Origin: an uncultured Christensenella sp.
GTDB lineage: Bacteria; Bacillota; Clostridia; Christensenellales; Christensenellaceae
Length of the DNA: 64,000 bases
Reading direction: 5' to 3'
Assembly: GCA_964592125.1 (NCBI GenBank)
Contig: CAZQBV010000003.1
Span: 1,605 to 65,604, forward strand
How positions within the stretch are numbered: position 1 is the first letter of the stretch; every line of letters begins with the position of its first letter. Position numbers and translations under genes: made by a program. Below, piece by piece: positions 9,224-16,964 of the stretch. A model generated the notes under the pieces. That model was not told the origin of the DNA, did no database searches, and saw only the letters and a program-made list of their open reading frames with translations.

Positions 9224-10459
9224 ATGAAAACAACGAAACAAACTGTGATGATGCCCCAATTTGCAGAAACATTTCAATGTGTGGGCGGTGCATGCATAGA
9301 TACCTGCTGCCGTACATGGGACGTTTCTGTAGATAAAAAAACATTCCAAAAGTATTATGCTGTGGAAGATGAGGGATGGAGAGAAGAGTTTCGCAAATAT
9401 GTACATCGGTGGCAAGAAAACTCGAATTATGGCAAGATTAATATGCTGGAAAATGGGCATTGTCCGTTTTGGACAGAGGATGGAAGGTGTGGCGTGCAGC
9501 TTGCCTTTGGGGAAGAGTATTTGTGCGTAACTTGCAACGTATACCCTAAACGGTATTCTCAGACCAGTAACGAACACTATCAGATTGCCATGACACCTAG
9601 CTGCCCTGAAGTGATATATGCCGGGCTATTAAGCAAAGAGCCTATGCAGTTTGTACAGCGGGAGGCGAATTTTCCGGTGGATTTGTATGCAGCATCAAGA
9701 ACGAAGATGGATGGAAATTCAGCTGAAATTTTACTTCGTGTGCGTCAATATATGATAGAACTGATGCAAAACAGAGACTATGCAATAGAGGAACGCTTTT
9801 TTTTGCTGGGTTTTTTCCTACAGAAATTGCCACATCCATGGAGCAAGTATGCTGACACTGCCATATCTTCATTTAAAAGATTAATTTTAGACCCTTCCTT
9901 GATTAAGGAACAACTGAAAGAATTGCCTGTGCTGGAAGAGTTGCATTTTGAGTTGTTGGAATTATATTTGAAACTATTGGTGGAGACAAAATCAAGAGGT
10001 GTATTTGCAGAATTGATTGGCGATGTATTCGATGGCTTTGATCCGGGAGCAAAAGAAAGCGGCAAATTTACCATGCGACAGGAAAAATATTTCGAGGTGC
10101 GCAAACAATACAAGAAAGCTGCCCCGCAATGGGAGCATGTGTTTGAAAATTATTTTGCAAATAATATATTTTCTTTTATGCCGGAAGTGCTTTTCTATAC
10201 CCATAAGGATGATGATAAAAACATATTGTGGACAGAGTATATAAAATTATGCTTGTCGTATTTGCTTTTGAACATTCATTTTTCCGGCATTTATGCTAAT
10301 TTTGGTAAGCTGACGGAGCAGGACATTGTGAGAATTATTTATTTGTTTAGCAGAAGTGTGTTTGACCATGACAAGTCATTTATTAAAACCAGCTCGCAAT
10401 TTTTAGAAAAAAGCGAAAGGAATTCGCTGGCGCATTTGTATAGTATAATAAATATATGA
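9224..10459 (+). CDS. fliB: FliB-like flagellin lysine-N-methylase (YkgJ-type Cys-cluster family)
   Basis: N-terminal FQCVGGACIDTCCRTWDVSVDKKTFQKYY and GHCPFWTEDGRCGVQ...CVTCNVYPK resemble the Salmonella FliB / CxxCxxCC family. The ATG at 9224 follows GGGGAAGAGG. The track start at 9167 would overlap the terminator. Confidence 0.65.
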   Translation: MKTTKQTVMMPQFAETFQCVGGACIDTCCRTWDVSVDKKTFQKYYAVEDEGWREEFRKYVHRWQENSNYGKINMLENGHCPFWTEDGRCGVQLAFGEEYLCVTCNVYPKRYSQTSNEHYQIAMTPSCPEVIYAGLLSKEPMQFVQREANFPVDLYAASRTKMDGNSAEILLRVRQYMIELMQNRDYAIEERFFLLGFFLQKLPHPWSKYADTAISSFKRLILDPSLIKEQLKELPVLEELHFELLELYLKLLVETKSRGVFAELIGDVFDGFDPGAKESGKFTMRQEKYFEVRKQYKKAAPQWEHVFENYFANNIFSFMPEVLFYTHKDDDKNILWTEYIKLCLSYLLLNIHFSGIYANFGKLTEQDIVRIIYLFSRSVFDHDKSFIKTSSQFLEKSERNSLAHLYSIINI

Positions 10460-10620
10460 TTTTCTAATCGCGCATCAGTGGTTTTAAAAACGAAAGATAA
10501 GGCTGAAAGTGGATTATTTTATGGTTGCAAATTTTTTGCTGTGAGTTTGAACTGCTTTTTCTATCACATCCGTTTTGATGGTGAGATACTCCACCTTTTG
10601 AGGTAGCGACTGCAACTAGC

Positions 10621-10660
10621 CTACTTGCCGCACAAGCCCCATGTGCCCCTCCGCAAGTAG
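10621..10660. other. imperfect long hairpin in an orphan intergenic region
   Basis: Outer stem CTACTTGC/GCAAGTAG and inner stem GCACA/TGTGC. Can form on either strand. Confidence 0.4.
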
Positions 10661-10727
10661 CTGTATGTTGGGTCTTATCTCGTTTTTTTCGTTGTGATTC
10701 ATACCTCAATTTGAAAAGCTTTTATTT

Positions 10728-10756
10728 AGTATACGTTATATAGGGAATGAGAGCAA
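10728..10756 (-). promoter_or_regulatory. candidate sigma-A promoter reading leftwards into the orphan region
   Basis: Minus strand reads TTGCTC-N17-TATACT. Confidence 0.3.
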
Positions 10757-10844
10757 CAGGTTTATTGATCTTGTGTGCCAAAAGTTGAAACTGACAATTT
10801 TGATGCACTGCATAGTATAAAAATAGGGAAGAAAAACAATTTGA

Positions 10845-10874
10845 TGTTTAAAAATCAAAAAACTATGCTATAAT
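10845..10874 (+). promoter_or_regulatory. candidate extended -10 promoter upstream of cheV
   Basis: TGCTATAAT at 10866-10874 (TGnTATAAT). The -35 is weak. Confidence 0.3.
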
Positions 10875-10956
10875 ATAGTATCAGTTTGTATTTATTTGAT
10901 TTGTAGGAATAATATAGTAATTGGAGCGCGAAAATAATTGAAGGCAGGGATTGTAT

Positions 10957-11892
10957 ATGAATGCTGTAAGTAGCGGAAAAAAGGAAATATTGCTGGAGAC
11001 CGGCACAAATGAAATGGAAATTATGGAATTTACCATTGCGGGCAATACCTTTGGTATTAATGTGGCGAAGATTAGGGAAATAATGATGTGCGAGGCTGTG
11101 ACGCCAATGCCGCACTCCCACCCCGCAGTGGAGGGTGTTTTTAAGCCACGTGATATTGTGATTACAGTGATAGATTTGCCGGGGTATTTGGGCTTGGATG
11201 AGGGCGAATCCAAAGAAAAAGACCTGTTTATTATTTCCAATTTTAATAAGATGCACATTGCTTTTAGGGTGAATACGGTGGAAGGAATAGACCGTATTTC
11301 TTGGACGGATATAGAAAAACCGGATGCTACCATTTATGGCGGAGAAGAAGGACTGGTAACCGGCTTGGCTCAGTATGAGAACCGATTGATAACGATACTG
11401 GACTTTGAGAAAATTGTGACAGATATTGCGCCTGAAACCGGCCTGAAAATGCATGAGATATATGAACTGGGTGAGCGCGGCAGGGATGAGCACCACATTG
11501 TGATTGCGGAAGACTCCGTATTGCTGGCAAGAATGATACTGGATGCGCTGAACCAAGCGGGATATGTGAACGTGAAGAAATTTGACAACGGCCAAGAGGC
11601 GTGGGACTATTTAGAGTCTATTCGTGATGAAGCATCTGGAAACCTGCTGGAAAAAGTGGATTTGGTGATAACAGATATAGAAATGCCGCAGATGGACGGA
11701 CATCACCTTACAAAACGTATTAAATCCGACAAAATATTGAAAGACATACCGGTGATAATCTTCTCCTCTTTGGTGACACCAGAGATGCGCGTGAAAGGCG
11801 ATCAAGTGGGTGCGGATGAACAGCTTTCCAAACCTGATATTGGTAAACTGGTGAGCGTGACGGATGGCTTGGTGGGATACCAAGGCGAATAA
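10957..11892 (+). CDS. cheV: CheV (CheW-like domain fused to a receiver domain)
   Basis: The N-terminal CheW-like region is MEFTIAGNTFGINVAKIREI.... The C-terminal REC is IVIAEDS...DLVITDIEMPQMDG...IIFSS. A TTG at 10951 is an alternative start. Confidence 0.85.
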   Translation: MNAVSSGKKEILLETGTNEMEIMEFTIAGNTFGINVAKIREIMMCEAVTPMPHSHPAVEGVFKPRDIVITVIDLPGYLGLDEGESKEKDLFIISNFNKMHIAFRVNTVEGIDRISWTDIEKPDATIYGGEEGLVTGLAQYENRLITILDFEKIVTDIAPETGLKMHEIYELGERGRDEHHIVIAEDSVLLARMILDALNQAGYVNVKKFDNGQEAWDYLESIRDEASGNLLEKVDLVITDIEMPQMDGHHLTKRIKSDKILKDIPVIIFSSLVTPEMRVKGDQVGADEQLSKPDIGKLVSVTDGLVGYQGE

Positions 11893-11906
11893 GTGGGCAC
11901 TTTTGC

Positions 11907-11935
11907 TTGACAAAGCAGTGGGCGAGGGGTAGGAT
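11907..11935 (+). promoter_or_regulatory. candidate sigma-A promoter for the flgB operon
   Basis: TTGACA-N17-TAGGAT, 44 nt upstream of the flgB TTG start. Confidence 0.45.
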
Positions 11936-11978
11936 TGACAGTGTATGTGATTGATAGCAGTAGCGAGGTGAAGCGAAC

Positions 11979-12374
11979 TTGAAAATATTTTCTGGTTTGA
12001 ATGGGCTGGAAAGCGGCCTAAATGCATCGTGGCAACGAAATGCTGTGATATTGAATAACGTGGCCAATGTTGACACACCGGGGTTCAAAGCTTCGGAAGT
12101 GGAATTTGAAAGCCTGTATAAAAATGCTTTAGAGAATGGCTCGGATGGTTTTCAGCTAAAAAGAACACGTGCTACACATATGGTATTGGGAGATTCGGAT
12201 GGAAGCTTGCAGACTGTATTTTCCCATAACACTGTGGAACGTATGGACGAAAACAATGTGAATATAGACAAAGAGATGACGGATTACGCAAAGAATGTAA
12301 TCTTTTATAATACATTGCAGCGGAAAATAAACGGGCAGCTTGGTCAATTGAGAACTGCAATAAAAGGAACCTAA
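11979..12374 (+). CDS. flgB: flagellar basal-body rod protein FlgB
   Basis: NNVANVDTPGFK motif. TTG start after GAGGTG. Sits in flgB-flgC-fliE order. Confidence 0.9.
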   Translation: MKIFSGLNGLESGLNASWQRNAVILNNVANVDTPGFKASEVEFESLYKNALENGSDGFQLKRTRATHMVLGDSDGSLQTVFSHNTVERMDENNVNIDKEMTDYAKNVIFYNTLQRKINGQLGQLRTAIKGT

Positions 12375-12389
12375 TTTTAGGAGGGTACT

Positions 12390-12827
12390 ATGGCATTTTT
12401 ATCATCTATGGACATTAGTTCATCTGCGTTAACAGCTCAAAGGTTGCGCATGGATGTGGTATCTGAAAATGTGGCAAACATAGACACCACAAGGAACGCC
12501 GAGGGGCAACCCTATCGTAGGCGCTATGTTATTTTTCAAGAACGTTCGAACACCACTTTTTCGGATGCGCTGAACACATCGTTAGCGGGAACTGCAGGCA
12601 GCGGTGTGCGTGTGGTGGATATTCGCGAGGATCAATCTGACTTTAAATTGCAGTATGACCCAGACCACCCCGATGCAAACGAATTTGGGTATGTGCAAAA
12701 GCCCAATGTGGAATTGGCGCGGGAAATGGTGGATTATATGTCTGCAACAAGGTCGTATGAAGCCAATATTACTGTGCTGAATGGCACGAAGAGTATGGCA
12801 ATGTCGGCACTGGAAATAGGGCGATAA
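12390..12827 (+). CDS. flgC: flagellar basal-body rod protein FlgC
   Basis: N-terminal SSALTAQRLRMDVVSENVANIDTTR. C-terminal MVDYMSATRSYEANITV. Confidence 0.92.
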   Translation: MAFLSSMDISSSALTAQRLRMDVVSENVANIDTTRNAEGQPYRRRYVIFQERSNTTFSDALNTSLAGTAGSGVRVVDIREDQSDFKLQYDPDHPDANEFGYVQKPNVELAREMVDYMSATRSYEANITVLNGTKSMAMSALEIGR

Positions 12828-12852
12828 ACAAACGAAACCTTAGGGGGTAAGT

Positions 12853-13152
12853 ATGGATAAAATATCGGGTCTTAATTTATCAATTCAAAGAAACCAATAC
12901 AGCATGCTGAACCAAAACAACATAGAGAACGCTGAATCCTTTAAAGATATTCTAAGCAATTCTATTGCAGAAGCGGACAAGCTTTATCAAGTAACAGAGG
13001 CAGATACGCAAGCGTTGCTTTCTGGTGAAGTGGATAACATTGCGCAAGTGATGGTAAACAGCACAAAATCTGAATTGGCACTGAACATGGTGGTGCAGGT
13101 TCGCAATAAAGTAGTGGAAGCATATAATGAAATTGTAAGAATGCAGGTATAA
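12853..13152 (+). CDS. fliE: flagellar hook-basal body complex protein FliE
   Basis: 99 aa. Its position after flgC and the C-terminal ALNMVVQVRNKVVEAYNEIVRMQV are typical of FliE. Confidence 0.85.
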   Translation: MDKISGLNLSIQRNQYSMLNQNNIENAESFKDILSNSIAEADKLYQVTEADTQALLSGEVDNIAQVMVNSTKSELALNMVVQVRNKVVEAYNEIVRMQV

Positions 13153-13166
13153 CTGGAGACATTTAC

Positions 13167-13802
13167 ATGGATGAAAGTACGCTGTTGGCGCAGGATACAC
13201 AGTTGTCACCGGAAGTAGTGAATGTGCAAAGTGTTATCCTGCTCATTCTTTATCTGTTGATATTTGTTGTTGCCATTTATTTTCTAACCAAATTTATTTC
13301 TAAACGCTCGTTGCAACGAGGGATGAAGAAAACAAGCACGAGCCGGAAAACTGGCTCGAAATGGTTTTCCTCCAGCAGGGTGGAACTGGGCAGTTTGGTT
13401 TCGGTAGCAGACCGAATTGTGGTGGACAAAGATAAAACAATTATGGTGGTAGAGTTTAAAGGGCAATACTACTTGATGAGTACTACAGGACAGGATATGC
13501 ATCTGATAGATAAAGTGTTGATCCCGCCAGAGGATATTGAAGCGCGTAAGGAAAAAGAGGAGGCGGATGGCGAGGACAACGCCTCTTATACTGTGTCGGG
13601 AGAAGAACCTAGCTTTTTAGAGTACCTAAAACAATTGGGGAGCACTGTAAAAGTATGGTTTTATAAGTTGTTCCATAAGGGGAAAAATGCGCCGCCGGAA
13701 GAGTTTACGGCGCGTTTGAAAGAAGAAATGGAACTGAGGGATGCCGAAAGTATTGCAAATAAAGAAGGCATTAGTGGAGAAGCGGATGCTGAAGATAAAT
13801 AA
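13167..13802 (+). CDS. fliO: FliO/FliZ-like flagellar export protein with an acidic C-terminal extension
   Basis: Single TM helix (VILLILYLLIFVVAIYFL) followed by the ...VVEFKGQYYLMSTTGQDMHLIDKV core. Lies immediately upstream of fliP. Confidence 0.6.
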   Translation: MDESTLLAQDTQLSPEVVNVQSVILLILYLLIFVVAIYFLTKFISKRSLQRGMKKTSTSRKTGSKWFSSSRVELGSLVSVADRIVVDKDKTIMVVEFKGQYYLMSTTGQDMHLIDKVLIPPEDIEARKEKEEADGEDNASYTVSGEEPSFLEYLKQLGSTVKVWFYKLFHKGKNAPPEEFTARLKEEMELRDAESIANKEGISGEADAEDK

Positions 13803-13820
13803 TCATTTTGCAAAGCAAAG

Positions 13821-14639
13821 TTGGATTGGGATCAGGGGGTTGTTGCCAGTTTGAAGAAAAAGAAACTTCTGATTTTTACAATCGTTTTAATTGTATGCAT
13901 TGTAATTATAAGCGGCTGTGCATCCAGCGCACAAACGCAGACCAGTGGGATTGGTACTACACAATCTACAACCGGAACAGATACAGGTGCAGGCCCGCTG
14001 GGGGAACTTTTGGGTAGTCGCTCACAAAGCTTGCAACTGGTGGGTTTGCTTACTATTCTTAGTATAGCGCCGTCTATATTAATTATGCTATCCGGCTTCA
14101 CCCGGATTGTTATTGTATTGTCATTCACTAGGAATGCATTGGGCTTGCAGCAAATGCCGCCCAACCAGGTTATTGTTGTGTTGGCATTGTTCCTAACGCT
14201 TTTTGTGATGTCGCCTGTGATTACGGAAATAAAGCAGGATGCAATTGACCCATATGTAGCGCAGGAAATAACGTTTCAAGAGGCGATAGACGTTGCAGAA
14301 GTGCCTTTGCGTAAATTTATGCTGCGGAACACATATAAAAGCGATTTGGAGATGTTCAATAGCTTCACGATGGAGCCTGCAACAAAAACGGAAGATGTGC
14401 CCATGAGTACGTTGATTCCTGCTTTTTTGACCAGTGAAATAAAACGTGCTTTCCAGATAGGGTTTTTTATCTATATTCCATTTATTGTAATGGATATGGT
14501 GGTGGCCAGTGTGCTGATGTCTATGGGTATGATGATGTTGCCGCCTATTGTAATTTCGCTGCCTTTTAAGGTGCTGTTATTTGTGCTGGTGGATGGATGG
14601 ACACTTACCATGCGTACCCTTATTATGGGCTTCTACTAG
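13821..14639 (+). CDS. fliP: flagellar export gate protein FliP, with an N-terminal lipobox-like signal and a Thr/Gly-rich linker
   Basis: Core sequence TILSIAPSILIMLSGFTRIVIVLSFTRNALGLQQMPPNQV... TTG starts are possible at 13821 or 13851. Confidence 0.92.
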   Translation: MDWDQGVVASLKKKKLLIFTIVLIVCIVIISGCASSAQTQTSGIGTTQSTTGTDTGAGPLGELLGSRSQSLQLVGLLTILSIAPSILIMLSGFTRIVIVLSFTRNALGLQQMPPNQVIVVLALFLTLFVMSPVITEIKQDAIDPYVAQEITFQEAIDVAEVPLRKFMLRNTYKSDLEMFNSFTMEPATKTEDVPMSTLIPAFLTSEIKRAFQIGFFIYIPFIVMDMVVASVLMSMGMMMLPPIVISLPFKVLLFVLVDGWTLTMRTLIMGFY

Positions 14640-14706
14640 CTAGACGAAGTATAGTTATATTAGGTGATTTTGTAATATAAGGAGTTGATGGATTATCGGA
14701 CAGCAA

Positions 14707-14964
14707 ATGGTAGTAACGATTATGCAAGACGCTATTTTGACGGTGCTGAAAGTATCGCTACCGCCAATTTTAGTGGGTCTTGTGATTGGTATTATTATAT
14801 CTATTTTTCAGGCTGCATCGCAGATAAACGAGCAAACACTGACGTTTGTGCCTAAGATTGTGGGCATACTGCTTGCGATACTTATATTTGGCGGGTTTAT
14901 GTTGAACAATTTAACAGAATTTACAACTCGTATGTATGAATATGCAATAACAGTGCCTACATAA
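14707..14964 (+). CDS. fliQ: flagellar export gate protein FliQ
   Basis: IFQAASQINEQTLTFVPKIVG motif. The start codon is uncertain because the SD is distant. Confidence 0.9.
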   Translation: MVVTIMQDAILTVLKVSLPPILVGLVIGIIISIFQAASQINEQTLTFVPKIVGILLAILIFGGFMLNNLTEFTTRMYEYAITVPT

Positions 14965-14976
14965 AAGTGAGGTAAT

Positions 14977-15765
14977 ATGGAGGATTTTATTGCTGCACTG
15001 GTGACAGACTGGGATTATTTCCTGTTGCTGTTTTTGCGGGTATCGGGTTTGATTTTTAGTTCCCCTATTTTTGGGCGTAGAAATATTCCTCAGGTAGCTA
15101 AAATAGGGTATTGTGCTTGCTTGGCGGTGTTGTTCTATATGTCTGTTCCGCATGCACAGTCTTTGAACTATAACGATGACATTTTTCTTTTTATATTATT
15201 ATGCGTAAAAGAGTTGCTGTTTGGGCTGATACTGGGGTATGTGCTCAATCTTTTTTTTACCATTGCGTTCACAGCCGGGCAAATAATAGATATGCAGATG
15301 GGTTTTGGTATGGTGAATGTATTTGACGTGCAGAGCAACCTGCAGGTACCTATGACGGGTAACTTGCTGAATATTATAATGTTGTTGGTTTTTTTTGCGG
15401 TGGATGGGCATCATCGTTTGATAGAAATTATGTATACTTCTGTGCAGAAAATTCCAATAGGTAGCGTGGTATTTGACCCAGGAATTGGCTGGGTGGCGGC
15501 ACAGCTGTTCATAGAATCATTTATTTTGGCCATTATTGTTGCCATGCCAATTGTGGCGGCCGGCCTTTTGGGTGAGGCCTGCTTTGGTATTTTAATGCGT
15601 GTGGTACCACAGATGAATGCTTTCTCTATAGGAATTCCCATAAAGATGATACTTGGTTTTGCGGTGCTTGCGGCAATGATGCCCGTGTACATTCCATTTA
15701 CACAAACAATATTTGAAGCTATGAACCAAGGGATGGAAAGAATGTTCGCTACGTTAACAGGGTAG
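14977..15765 (+). CDS. fliR: flagellar export gate protein FliR
   Basis: 262-aa polytopic membrane protein lying between fliQ and flhB. Confidence 0.9.
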   Translation: MEDFIAALVTDWDYFLLLFLRVSGLIFSSPIFGRRNIPQVAKIGYCACLAVLFYMSVPHAQSLNYNDDIFLFILLCVKELLFGLILGYVLNLFFTIAFTAGQIIDMQMGFGMVNVFDVQSNLQVPMTGNLLNIIMLLVFFAVDGHHRLIEIMYTSVQKIPIGSVVFDPGIGWVAAQLFIESFILAIIVAMPIVAAGLLGEACFGILMRVVPQMNAFSIGIPIKMILGFAVLAAMMPVYIPFTQTIFEAMNQGMERMFATLTG

Positions 15766-15775
15766 GTGATGAAGC

Positions 15776-16849
15776 ATGGCCGATGATGGCGGCACCGGTG
15801 AACGCACTGAACAAGCGACTCCCAAAAAGAAAGAGGATGCTCGGGAGCGCGGTCAGGTATTAAAAAGCAATGAACTTGTGATGACGGGTTGCCTGCTCAT
15901 CATGTTTGTGGCACTTAGGGCACTGATGCCTATGATTGCTGAAAATTTAATGAATTTTACAAAAACGTACCTATCCGGACAAAAGATGACCGCAGAGGTA
16001 CTGACCACACAAAGGATGATGGTGGTTGGCAACGATATGATATTGGGATTTCTTAATATTATGTTGCCCATATTGGTGGTGGCGGTATTGGCGGCAATTC
16101 TGGTAAATGTGGTGCAGGTGGGCTTTTTATTCAGCACCAAGGCAATGCAGCCCAAAATGGAACGGTTAAATGTACTGGAAGGCTTCAAACGACTGTTTTC
16201 CACTCGTGCGCTGTTTGAACTTGCAAAAGCGGTTTTAAAAGTGGTGGTAATTGGATATATTATATACAGTCAGGTATCTTCTAACTTGGTTGTATTCCCC
16301 GCAATGATGCGAGACAATTATGTGGGGGCAATTCAAAAAATAGCGGAAATGGTTTTTGATGCGGCACTGCAAATATGTATGGTGCTGGCAATTATAGCTG
16401 CGGTGGACTATATGTACCAACGTTGGCGGTATGAAAAAGATTTGCGTATGAGCAAGTACGAAATAAAGATGGAGATGAAAAGCCAAGAGGGTGACCCGCA
16501 AATAAAGGGTAAGATAAAGCAAAAGCAACGTGAAATGTCTATGATGCGTATGATGCAGGGCGTTCCGGATGCGGATGTGGTAATTACCAACCCAACGCAT
16601 TATGCGGTTGCGCTGAAATACGATGAGAGCAAAGGTGATGCACCCATGGTGATTGCGAAGGGCAAAGAACGGGTTGCACAAAAAATAAAGGAAGTTGCCA
16701 AAGAAAATAACGTGGAAATTGTGGAAGACAGAGAGCTGGCTCGTGGAATTTATGCTTACTGTAATATAGGAGATTTTATACCTGTAGAGATGTATCAAGC
16801 GGTAGCAGAAATTCTTGCTCAAATCTTTCGTGCAAAAAATAAGAGATAA
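15776..16849 (+). CDS. flhB: flagellar export switch protein FlhB
   Basis: N-terminal GERTEQATPKKKEDARERGQVLKS. NPTH autocleavage motif at nt 16589-16600. Confidence 0.95.
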   Translation: MADDGGTGERTEQATPKKKEDARERGQVLKSNELVMTGCLLIMFVALRALMPMIAENLMNFTKTYLSGQKMTAEVLTTQRMMVVGNDMILGFLNIMLPILVVAVLAAILVNVVQVGFLFSTKAMQPKMERLNVLEGFKRLFSTRALFELAKAVLKVVVIGYIIYSQVSSNLVVFPAMMRDNYVGAIQKIAEMVFDAALQICMVLAIIAAVDYMYQRWRYEKDLRMSKYEIKMEMKSQEGDPQIKGKIKQKQREMSMMRMMQGVPDADVVITNPTHYAVALKYDESKGDAPMVIAKGKERVAQKIKEVAKENNVEIVEDRELARGIYAYCNIGDFIPVEMYQAVAEILAQIFRAKNKR

Positions 16850-16964
16850 TTGGTCGAATAAGTGGACTGCGAGACTTTTTTATATTAGAATAATAAGAGT
16901 GATGTTTTTTGTGGGGCTGTGTGCACATAAACATAGAGCAAAGTAGTATGATCAGGGGAACTGG

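Noticed and set aside
10560-10700. Possible c-di-GMP riboswitch (class I or II), given the c-di-GMP-rich context.
   Set aside because: I could not find the conserved cores I remember. For GEMM-I these are the tetraloop/receptor pair with ACGCA.. For class II these are GGGCAC, then the P3 hairpin, then GUGCAACCGACC. Only a superficial GGGCAC...GUGC resemblance exists. The region is kept as an unexplained structured region, not as a riboswitch.
10855-11595. 246-aa minus-strand ORF.
   Set aside because: It is fully antisense to the well-supported cheV gene and has an AT-rich codon composition and no motifs.
14688-14846. 52-codon alternative-frame ORF starting just after AAGGAG upstream of fliQ.
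   Set aside because: The SD-to-ATG spacing is only about 3 nt. The product has no features and overlaps the conserved fliQ frame.
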